Origin: Escherichia phage vB_Eco_Titus
DNA length: 40,010 nt
Sequence record: OX090892
Direction: 5' to 3' (one strand)
Shown in pieces: positions 10,044 to 17,358 of the stretch. Both the position numbers and the translations under genes were made by a program. The notes below the pieces were generated by a model. The model ran no database searches and was not told where the DNA came from. It was given only the letters and a program-made list of their open reading frames with translations. Numbering within the stretch: the first letter of the stretch is position 1; each line of letters starts with the position of its first letter.

Positions 10044-10221
10044 GTTACGCCTGCCCAAGACAACAGTAAACGTGGAAGTGGTCAATGAGAACACCATCCT
10101 GATTAACAGGAAGTTCAAGACCACTACCCGTTTCTTTGACTTGAACAGAGAAGAAGCTCGCATAGTGTATGAAGCCTTAAAGGAGGTATTCAGTAATGAA
10201 CGATTATCTGAAAGTTCTTAG
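10036..10221 (+). CDS. Hypothetical small protein (61 aa), GTG start
   Basis: GTG overlapping upstream stop with AAGG 6 nt upstream; overlaps gp5.7-like start by 26 nt; coding status uncertain. Confidence 0.3.
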   Translation: MTKLRLPKTTVNVEVVNENTILINRKFKTTTRFFDLNREEARIVYEALKEVFSNERLSESS

Positions 10222-10402
10222 TCACGTTAAGAACCGACCACAAACATTCCAGTCTGACTTTGTGCGTAACCATGCGTCACTGGTCGCTGAGGCCGCTTCT
10301 CGTGGTCACATTAGCTGCCTGAGCAATGGGCGTAACTCAGGGCGTTGGCACCTGACTCTCATTGGTCACTCCTTCCTGACTATGGCCGGAGGTGCGCTAT
10401 GA
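10196..10402 (+). CDS. 5.7: gp5.7-like protein (68 aa)
   Basis: AAGGAGGT RBS; MNDYLKVL...TFQSDFVRNHASLVAEAASRGHISCL closely resembles remembered T7 gp5.7. Confidence 0.65.
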   Translation: MNDYLKVLSHVKNRPQTFQSDFVRNHASLVAEAASRGHISCLSNGRNSGRWHLTLIGHSFLTMAGGAL

Positions 10403-11265
10403 AAGACCATGCTTTAGGTATGGATGGTGACTACCTAGTGTTTGCCGCTATGTCTGCTGCTGAGGTAGAGACTCAGTGGGAAGACGATGTGTGGACTCTG
10501 GAATGTGACCATGACAAAGCGTGGACTATCTTGTGTCAGTCCATCGAAGCTATCCGTAAGCGTAAACCTGAATGGGAGGACTCTAAAATTGTGCTCGCCT
10601 TTACAGACGAAACAAACTGGCGAAAGTCAGTATTACCAACGTACAAAGCTAATCGAAAAGCTAGCCGTAAGCCTACTGGTTATCGTCACTTTGTCGAGCG
10701 CGTTATGGCTGTTCGTGAGTGGAACTCTTTTCTGCGCCCAACTCTGGAAGGCGATGACTGTCTTGGCATCATAGCGACTGCACCTCAGATTGTAGGCTGC
10801 AAGTCTGTGACCATCTGCTCCCCAGATAAGGACTTCAAGACTATCCCTTGCGAGTTCTTCCATATGTCATCCGGTGAGATTACTACTCGCAGTGTAGAAC
10901 AAGCTGACTGGTGGCACATGTACCAGACTATCATTGGTGACACTACCGATGGTTATGGTGGTATCAAGGGTCTGGGTGAGACTGTAGCCGTAGAGTTTCT
11001 GAACAATCCGTTTATCTGGGTCGAGTACGAACACGTATTCAAATCAGGTGCTCGCAAAGGTCAATCTGAAATGCGGTGGCGTAAAGAGCCGAAGCCTGAG
11101 GATATGACTCTGTGGCAAGCTATGGTTACCCTTGCGGCCAAGGCTGGGATGACAGAAGAAGAACTGTTGCAACAAGCACAGGTAGCCCGTATCTGCCGTG
11201 CCAGCGACTTTAACTTCAAAGACAAAGAGGTGATTCTGTGGACACCAAACAACGACAAGATTTAA
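10400..11265 (+). CDS. 6: 5'-3' exonuclease (T7 gene 6 homologue)
   Basis: ATG at 10400 overlapping gp5.7 stop (ATGA), GGAGG upstream; GMDGDYLVF.AMSAAE, VLAFTD..NWRK...YKANRKA, LEGDD, DKDFKTIP, GD.TDGY.GI.G match T7 gp6; track start 10345 is upstream of the RBS. Confidence 0.9.
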
Positions 11266-11510
11266 AACTCTGCGTTAACTGTAAGTATTGCCGAGTTGTT
11301 CCCTGTGGTGACATCTCTGCTGCCTACTACGAGTGTCTTGCTAAGGCACCTGAGGTTAACGTTGTCACAGGTGACGAGAAGTATTCGTATTGTTCTGTCG
11401 TAAGGAACAAAGAGTGCAAAGGACAGTGGTATGTAAAGAAAGAACCTATCCCTGAGCAAGTACAGGGTACGTTCAGAAAGATTATCACTTGGATTAGCAA
11501 TAACTTTTAG
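11238..11510 (+). CDS. Hypothetical Cys-rich small protein (90 aa), GTG start
   Basis: No internal Met, so start must be GTG at 11238 (AAAGAGG 7 nt upstream); 8 Cys in CxxC-like spacing suggests metal binding. Confidence 0.35.
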   Translation: MDTKQRQDLKLCVNCKYCRVVPCGDISAAYYECLAKAPEVNVVTGDEKYSYCSVVRNKECKGQWYVKKEPIPEQVQGTFRKIITWISNNF

Positions 11511-11516
11511 TTATAT

Positions 11517-11548
11517 CATCAAGGTCATTCTTAGGAGTGGCCTTCATT
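11517..11548 (+). ncRNA. RNase III processing-site hairpin
   Basis: CATCAAGGTCATTCTTAGGAGTGGCCTTCATTGG. Confidence 0.5.
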
Positions 11549-11552
11549 GGTA

Positions 11553-11576
11553 TAATTAACACCCACTATTGGAGGT
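11553..11576 (+). promoter_or_regulatory. Phage RNAP promoter (TAATTAACACCCACTATTGGAGGT), +1 G at 11571
   Basis: Promoter motif family; equivalent of T7 phi6.5. Confidence 0.6.
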
Positions 11577-11580
11577 ATCA

Positions 11581-11835
11581 ATGTCTGAAACTTTAAGTGA
11601 TTTACCTAAAGTACCTCACATCAGTCGTGAACTTGCAGAACACCTAAAGGAAATCTTCAGTGCTGACCGTCAAATCAATGAAGGTCTACTGCGTGACCCT
11701 AATGTTGTTCGCTCTGAGTCTTACCTGCTTGGCTTCCTTGCTGGTCTGGCTTACTGTGCCTCTCATGTTCAGTACATGATTGACGAACAGGATGGTAAGT
11801 TCAACGATGATAATTTAGGTGGATTCCATATGTAA
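11581..11835 (+). CDS. gp6.5-like protein (84 aa)
   Basis: ATG at 11581 with GGAGG 5 nt upstream (track start 11569 is TTG inside promoter); same length and position as T7 gp6.5. Confidence 0.5.
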   Translation: MSETLSDLPKVPHISRELAEHLKEIFSADRQINEGLLRDPNVVRSESYLLGFLAGLAYCASHVQYMIDEQDGKFNDDNLGGFHM

Positions 11836-11846
11836 GGAGGTCAAAG

Positions 11847-12095
11847 ATGTGTTTCTTTAAACCGCCTAAGATTGATATGCCTGAGACACCAACTCCTGCC
11901 CCACTTCCGCCTCCTGTTGAGGATGCACCTAAAGTGGAGTCCGTAGAGTTCGGAGGTAAGAAGGAATCAGTCGAGGACGTAACCGGAGTTAAAGGGTCTG
12001 GTAGTTCTGGTAAGTCTGCCCTGAAGATTCAGAAGACACCTAAACCAGTAACCAACACTACCGGAGCAAACGTGGGTCTTAACACTGTACGGTGA
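11847..12095 (+). CDS. 6.7: gp6.7-like virion protein (82 aa)
   Basis: TAAGGAGG RBS; MCFF.P.KI......VESVEFGG resembles remembered T7 gp6.7 N-terminus. Confidence 0.6.
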   Translation: MCFFKPPKIDMPETPTPAPLPPPVEDAPKVESVEFGGKKESVEDVTGVKGSGSSGKSALKIQKTPKPVTNTTGANVGLNTVR

Positions 12096-12508
12096 TACTT
12101 ATGGGACTGACAACTAAGTGTTTCTTTCGTGGTGCGGACGAACCGCTGTACACGTATGAAGCTCTCCATAAGTATTGCCTTCAGGAGTCACAAGACGTGG
12201 AACGTACCAAAGAGGTCTTAGAAGGTCTGCACCGTTATGAGGTGTACGTCTATGACCAAGATGGTAACGTTATTGCCTGCACTTACCTTGTACGGTATTT
12301 GTGTATGCACCACGGAGATGTGATTGCTTTGGCTGCTTTGTGGATAGACAAGTCATATCGTGATGCTGTGTCCGTACAGAAAGCGATTACGCGGGAGGTT
12401 GTCACTGTGTGTAAGATGTTCGGTATTACCAAATATCAGCGCAGTAAACACCTCTCAAAGACTAAACAACTGATAATCACAAAGGAGATACCAAATGGGA
12501 TTCATTAA
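12092..12508 (+). CDS. gp7-like protein (138 aa)
   Basis: Start coupled to gp6.7 stop (GTGA; alternative ATG at 12101); size and position match T7 gene 7. Confidence 0.5.
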   Translation: MILMGLTTKCFFRGADEPLYTYEALHKYCLQESQDVERTKEVLEGLHRYEVYVYDQDGNVIACTYLVRYLCMHHGDVIALAALWIDKSYRDAVSVQKAITREVVTVCKMFGITKYQRSKHLSKTKQLIITKEIPNGIH

Positions 12509-12773
12509 GAAAACCTTTAAGAAACTGACTGGTGCGGATGACGCTGAGAAACGCGCCCGTGAGGAAGCTGAACGTGCTCGCCGTGAGCAAGAAGAAGCTA
12601 TCCGTAAACAAGCTGAATTGGACGCTGCTCAACGTGCTGCTACCGAATTGGCTGGTGAGCAAGAGGTTCAAGCGGAGTCTGTAGGTGACACCACTGAGTC
12701 AACACAAAAAAAAGAAACTACGGGCAGGTCGAAAGTCCTTGACTGTGGCGCGTGCTGGCGGCTCTGGTATTAA
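12495..12773 (+). CDS. 7.3: gp7.3-like protein with apparent frameshift (homologous C-terminus is in the +1 frame, ending 12780)
   Basis: AAAGGAG RBS; N-term MGFIKKTFKKL; after the A8 run at 12706-12713 the +1 frame encodes ..KKLRAGRKSLTVARAGGSGINI, matching remembered T7 gp7.3 C-terminus ..SLSVARSSGGGINI, while frame 0 gives an unrelated tail. Confidence 0.55.
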   Translation: MGFIKKTFKKLTGADDAEKRAREEAERARREQEEAIRKQAELDAAQRAATELAGEQEVQAESVGDTTESTQKKETTGRSKVLDCGACWRLWY

Positions 12774-12791
12774 CATCTAAGGTGGTAGTCT

Positions 12792-14396
12792 ATGGCTGAA
12801 GTTAAACGTGAAGGTCTAGCTGCTGAAGGTGCAGCCAAGACATATGAGCGTTTGAAGAATGACCGTAACGACTACGTGACCCGTGCAGAGGACTGTGCCA
12901 AGTACACCATTCCTAGTCTGTTCCCTAAGGATTCAGACGATGGTGGTACGAGTTATACGACTCCTTGGCAGTCCATTGGTGCTCGCGGTCTGAACAACAT
13001 TAGCGCAAAGGTAAACCTAGCGTTGTTCCCTGTAGGTGCGCCTTTCTTCAAACTGAATATCTCTGAGCTAGAGCTGAAGCAAATCATCACCGATTCGTCT
13101 GCACTTCAAGATGTAGCACAAGGTCTGTCGATGGTTGAGCGTATTGTTCTTAGCTACATGGAGGCCAACGGTTATCGAACTTCTCTGGTTGAAGCTATTC
13201 GTCAACTCTTTGTTAGCGGTAACGTGCTGCTGTACGTGACCAATCCTGACGAGATGATGGATGGTGAAATGGCTGGTCTGAAGGTCTACCGATTGCCGTC
13301 CTATGTAGTTGAACGAGATGGATTCGATAACGTCTTGCAGATTGTAGCAGTCGATAAGATTGCCCGCGTAGCGTTACCTGAAGACATCCAATCTGCTATC
13401 GCTGAGGAGACTACCGATGAAAACCTGACAGAAGAAGTCGAGATTTACACTCACATCTACCGTAACTCTGAGACACAAATGTTCACAGTTTATCAGGAGA
13501 TTGAGGGTGAAATCGTAGCTGGCTCTGAAGGTGAGTACCCATTGGATGCTTGCCCTTGGATTCCTGTACGTCTTATCAAGATGCCTAACGAGGACTATGG
13601 ACGTTCGTTCGTAGAAGAATACCTCGGTGACTTGAAGTCATTGGAGGCTCTGTACGAGGCTATGATTAAGATGTCCATGATTGCCGCTAAGGTTCTGTTC
13701 ATGGTTAACCCTAACGGACAGACTCAGGTTCGCCGTATGGCTAAGGCCAACACAGGTGACTTTGTAGCTGGTCGTAAGGAAGACATCGGAGTATTCCAGT
13801 TAGAGAAACAACAGGACTTCAACACAGCGAAGATTGTAGCTGACACCATTGAGGCTCGCTTGTCGTATGCCTTCATGTTGAACTCTGCGGTACAACGCGG
13901 TGGTGACCGTGTTACTGCTGAGGAGATTCGCTATGTGGCTGGTGAATTGGAGGACACTCTGGGTGGTATCTATTCGTTACTGTCCCAAGAGTTACAGATG
14001 CCTTTAGTCCGCATCCTGTTGCGTGTACTGGAAGCTACCTCGAAGATTCCTAACTTGCCTAAGGAAGCTGTTGAACCTGCTGTTGCTACTGGTCTGGAAG
14101 CTCTGGGTCGTGGTCATGACCTTGACAAGCTGAATATGTTCGTTAACGGTATTGCTACTCTGTCTGCAATCCAAGACGAAGACCTGAACATGCGTGACAT
14201 TAAGATGCGCTACGCTAACTCTCTGGGTATGGACACTGCTGGTATGATTCTGACTCCTGAGGAGAAACAACAGAAGATGGCTGAAATGGCTCAACAACAG
14301 GCCATGATGCAAGGTGGTGCCGCTGCGGGTGGCGTAATGGGTCAAGCTGGTGGTCAAGCAATGGCTGAACAAGCTGCTCAGATGATGCAACAATAA
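12792..14396 (+). CDS. 8: Portal (head-to-tail connector) protein (T7 gene 8 homologue)
   Basis: 534 aa; YERLKNDR..Y..RA..CA.YTIPSLFPKDSD......TPWQ..GARGLNN match T7 gp8. Confidence 0.95.
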   Translation: MAEVKREGLAAEGAAKTYERLKNDRNDYVTRAEDCAKYTIPSLFPKDSDDGGTSYTTPWQSIGARGLNNISAKVNLALFPVGAPFFKLNISELELKQIITDSSALQDVAQGLSMVERIVLSYMEANGYRTSLVEAIRQLFVSGNVLLYVTNPDEMMDGEMAGLKVYRLPSYVVERDGFDNVLQIVAVDKIARVALPEDIQSAIAEETTDENLTEEVEIYTHIYRNSETQMFTVYQEIEGEIVAGSEGEYPLDACPWIPVRLIKMPNEDYGRSFVEEYLGDLKSLEALYEAMIKMSMIAAKVLFMVNPNGQTQVRRMAKANTGDFVAGRKEDIGVFQLEKQQDFNTAKIVADTIEARLSYAFMLNSAVQRGGDRVTAEEIRYVAGELEDTLGGIYSLLSQELQMPLVRILLRVLEATSKIPNLPKEAVEPAVATGLEALGRGHDLDKLNMFVNGIATLSAIQDEDLNMRDIKMRYANSLGMDTAGMILTPEEKQQKMAEMAQQQAMMQGGAAAGGVMGQAGGQAMAEQAAQMMQQ

Positions 14397-14417
14397 TTAA
14401 CACCCACTATTGGAGAG
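14394..14417 (+). promoter_or_regulatory. Phage RNAP promoter (TAATTAACACCCACTATTGGAGAG), +1 G at 14412, followed by 5' leader hairpin
   Basis: Promoter family; transcript start GGAGAGA..TCTCTCC (14412-14436) can form a 7-bp stem. Confidence 0.6.
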
Positions 14418-14463
14418 ATGAACAATTTGTCTCTCCTTAGTGATTAACTTAATGGAGGAAACA

Positions 14464-15363
14464 ATGCCATATTCACACCTGTCCGGTGCTATCGTAACGT
14501 CTGCACAAGAAGCTGAACACGCACAAGCTATGCTGGAAATGCCTGTAGCTGTTCGTGATGGTGATGATGCTATTGTCATTCAAGAGGAAGAACCGAAAGA
14601 GACTCCGACTGAAGACACTCCGTCTGAGCCTGAGATTCTGGATTCAGTAAACATCAATACCGATGGGGAAGACGACCCTGAGGAACTTCCTGCTGAGGAA
14701 GAACAAAAGCAAACCCAACAAGAAGAAACAGAGTTGGACTTCTCCAAGGCTGACCTGAAGTCTATTGACGATGTGTCTGCTGCAATGAAGACTGCTGAAC
14801 AAGGCCGAGACGAGTTGATTAAATCTGCCGTTGAGAAAGGTCTGGACAGCTCCGTTGTAGACACCCTGACCGCTGAGTATGAGCGTGACGGTAAAATCTC
14901 TGAGGCTTCCTACAAAGCTCTGGAAGACATCGGCTATGGTCGTTCGTTCATTGACTCCTTTATTGCTGGTCAGGAATTGATTGCCACTAAGTTTGTGCAT
15001 TCAATCTATGACTACGCTGGTGGCAAGGAGAACTTTGAGAAACTGACAGCCTTTATCGGTCAGAACCATCCTAATGTTGCCGATGCGTTCAACGATGCGT
15101 TGGAACGTAATGACCCTGTGGTTATCAAGGCAATGTTGGACTCAGGTAAGGCTCTGTACACCAAACACTTTGGTAAGCAACCTGCTCGTAACTTGGCGAA
15201 CCTCGCTAAGCCTACAGCAACAAGTCGCACTAAAGGTGAGGTCGTACAGCCGTACACTGAGCGTGCTGAGATGATTAAAGACATGAGTGACCCACGTTAC
15301 GCTAAGGACGCTAAGTTCCGCGCTAAGGTGGAAGCTCGTGTAGCCAAATCGTCTTTCTTCTGA
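14464..15363 (+). CDS. 9: Capsid assembly (scaffolding) protein (T7 gene 9 homologue)
   Basis: ATG at 14464 with GGAGG upstream (track start 14440 is GTG in the leader); acidic protein; VAVRDGDDAI, IDSFIAGQE, KDMSDPRY match remembered T7 gp9. Confidence 0.85.
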   Translation: MPYSHLSGAIVTSAQEAEHAQAMLEMPVAVRDGDDAIVIQEEEPKETPTEDTPSEPEILDSVNINTDGEDDPEELPAEEEQKQTQQEETELDFSKADLKSIDDVSAAMKTAEQGRDELIKSAVEKGLDSSVVDTLTAEYERDGKISEASYKALEDIGYGRSFIDSFIAGQELIATKFVHSIYDYAGGKENFEKLTAFIGQNHPNVADAFNDALERNDPVVIKAMLDSGKALYTKHFGKQPARNLANLAKPTATSRTKGEVVQPYTERAEMIKDMSDPRYAKDAKFRAKVEARVAKSSFF

Positions 15364-15370
15364 TTGAACT

Positions 15371-15394
15371 GAATTAACACCCACTATTGGAGAG
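15371..15394 (+). promoter_or_regulatory. Phage RNAP promoter (GAATTAACACCCACTATTGGAGAG), +1 G at 15389; capsid promoter (phi10 equivalent)
   Basis: Promoter family; ~105-nt leader ending in AT-rich region plus GGAGG before the capsid ATG. Confidence 0.6.
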
Positions 15395-15497
15395 GACATG
15401 CAGAGATGAATAAGTCTGACAGTAAAGAAGCTGTGAGCATCATCCTGTGTGTGTATCTCAACCTGATTTATTTTGATATTAACGGAGGTATTTATAT

Positions 15498-16676
15498 ATG
15501 GCAGATATGCAACGTGCGCAACACATTGGTAAAGACCAAGGTAAAGGTGCTGTAGACGCAACAGGTCTGGCTCTGTTCCTGAAGGTCTATGGTGGTGAGG
15601 TTCTGACTGCGTTCGCACGTCAAGCTCAAACTCTGGACAAGGTTATGGTTCGTACCATCCAGAATGGTAAGTCCGCTCAGTTCCCTGTTATGGGTCGTAC
15701 CAAAGCGTATTACCTGAAGGCTGGTAAGAATCTGGATGACCTGCGCGGTGAAATCAAGCACACCGAAAAGGTTATCTCCATTGATGGTCTGCTGACTACC
15801 GATGTTCTGATTTATGACATCGAAGATGCAATGAACCATTATGATGTCCGTTCAGAGTATTCCCGTCAGATGGGTGAAGCTCTGGCTATGGCTACTGATG
15901 CGGCTAACTACGGTGAGATTGCCAAGCTGGTTAACTCCCGTGCCACTGCCGCTAAGAACGAGAACATCGCCGGTCTGGGTAGCTCCTCTCTGATTATGAT
16001 TGGTAAGGACATCGTTGATGCGGCTGACCCTGCCAAGATTGGTGAGGCTCTGATTCAAGCTCTGACCTACGCTCGTGCTGAGTTCACTAAGCGTTACATC
16101 CCTTCGGGTGACCGTTACTTTGCTACCTCTCCTGACAACTACTCTGCGATTCTGTCTGCGATGATGCCTCATGCAGCGAACTATGCAGCTCTGATTGACC
16201 CTGAGACTGGTAATATCCGTAACGTGATGGGCTTCGAGGTGTACGAAACCCCTCATATGGTCAAGATGTCCGACTTTGTGGATAACCCTGCTGATGCTCT
16301 GGCTGGTGACGGTCACGTATTCCCTACCACTGCTGCTGATGATAACTTCGCTGTGCCTACTGGTACTGCTGTTGTTAACGCCACTAACGTGATGGGTCTG
16401 TACTGGCACCGTTCTGCGGTAGCAACTCTGAAGCTGAAAGACATGGCTCTGGAACGTGCTCGCCGTCCTGAGTTCCAAGCTGACCAACTGATTGCTAAGT
16501 ATGCAATGGGTCATGGTGGTCTGCGTCCTGAAGCTGCTGGTGCAATCATCGTAACCAAAGACGCTGCTACTGGCGTGAAGGTGGACAAGCTGGCTGGTCA
16601 CGATGGTGCTGCTGCTGCGGCTCTGTCTGCTGACGAAGGTACTGCTCGTACTCGCCGTTCTGCAAAGTCTGAGTAA
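15498..16676 (+). CDS. 10: Major capsid protein (T7 gene 10 homologue), 392 aa in one frame
   Basis: LFLKV.GGEVLTAFAR, GKSAQFP, IKHTEKVI.IDGLLT.DVLIYDIEDAMNHYDVRSEY, AANYAALIDPE, ALERARR..FQADQ.IAKYAMGHGGLRPEAAGA nearly identical to T7 gp10A; carries a ~45-aa C-terminal extension beyond the T7 10A stop position. Confidence 0.95.
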   Translation: MADMQRAQHIGKDQGKGAVDATGLALFLKVYGGEVLTAFARQAQTLDKVMVRTIQNGKSAQFPVMGRTKAYYLKAGKNLDDLRGEIKHTEKVISIDGLLTTDVLIYDIEDAMNHYDVRSEYSRQMGEALAMATDAANYGEIAKLVNSRATAAKNENIAGLGSSSLIMIGKDIVDAADPAKIGEALIQALTYARAEFTKRYIPSGDRYFATSPDNYSAILSAMMPHAANYAALIDPETGNIRNVMGFEVYETPHMVKMSDFVDNPADALAGDGHVFPTTAADDNFAVPTGTAVVNATNVMGLYWHRSAVATLKLKDMALERARRPEFQADQLIAKYAMGHGGLRPEAAGAIIVTKDAATGVKVDKLAGHDGAAAAALSADEGTARTRRSAKSE

Positions 16677-16696
16677 TTCCATTAACATCTGACATA

Positions 16697-16730
16697 AAGG
16701 GGAGGCCATTAGGTCTTCCCTTTTTTTTTC
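16697..16730 (+). terminator. Tphi-like terminator (GC-rich hairpin plus T9)
   Basis: AGGGGAGGCCATTAGGTCTTCCC forms a ~9-bp stem (two G-U), followed by TTTTTTTTT, immediately after capsid stop as in T7. Confidence 0.7.
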
Positions 16731-16747
16731 GCTAAGGAGGCTACTTT

Positions 16748-17344
16748 ATGTTCCAAGCTAACCCATATGAAACCAATTGGGCATACCAAGCGGAACTGGA
16801 AGCTGTTAACGAAATCTTGGCTGCGATTGGTGAATCACCTGTGAACACCCTTGAGGGTGACGCTAACACAGACGTAGTGAACGCCCGAAACATGCTGCAA
16901 CAGGTCAATCGTACCGAGCAGGCACGAGGGTGGACATTCAACATCGAAGAAGGTTACATCTTGAACCCAGACATCTTCTCTGGTCTTATTCCGTACCTTC
17001 CGAATTACCTGAGTGTCACTACAACGGGTGGTACACCTTATGTCAACCGAGGTGGTTACATCTATGACCGCTTCAATAAGACTGACCGTTTTGATGCTCC
17101 AATTGAGGTAAACATGATTGTCTTGAAGACATTCGATGAAATGCCTGAGCCATTCAAACGTTACGTTATCACTAAGGCTGCTCAACGCTTTAACATTCGG
17201 TTCTTTGGTGACCCTAATATTGACACCTCTCTGGGGAACGAGTTGATTGACCTTGAGCGTACAGTCAATGAGTTCGAGCTGGACTATGGTGCATTCAATA
17301 TGTTCAACCAAGACCCGTTCGTATCACAAGCTATCAGCCGTTAA
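16748..17344 (+). CDS. 11: Tail tubular protein A (T7 gene 11 homologue)
   Basis: 198 aa; E..AVN.ILA.IGE.PV.TLEGDAN.D..NAR..L...NR..Q.RGWTFNIEEG, VNRGGY.YDR match T7 gp11. Confidence 0.9.
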   Translation: MFQANPYETNWAYQAELEAVNEILAAIGESPVNTLEGDANTDVVNARNMLQQVNRTEQARGWTFNIEEGYILNPDIFSGLIPYLPNYLSVTTTGGTPYVNRGGYIYDRFNKTDRFDAPIEVNMIVLKTFDEMPEPFKRYVITKAAQRFNIRFFGDPNIDTSLGNELIDLERTVNEFELDYGAFNMFNQDPFVSQAISR

Positions 17345-17358
17345 TAAGGAGGCTAACG

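Noticed and set aside
15852-16709. Long reverse-strand ORFs from the six-frame track (e.g. 15852-16709, 4630-5043, 9530-10027, 36385-36897, 37126-37545)
   Set aside because: Each is antisense to a strongly supported + strand gene (capsid, SSB region, gp5.5, RNAP); T7-like genomes are transcribed unidirectionally, and no promoter, RBS or homology supports them.
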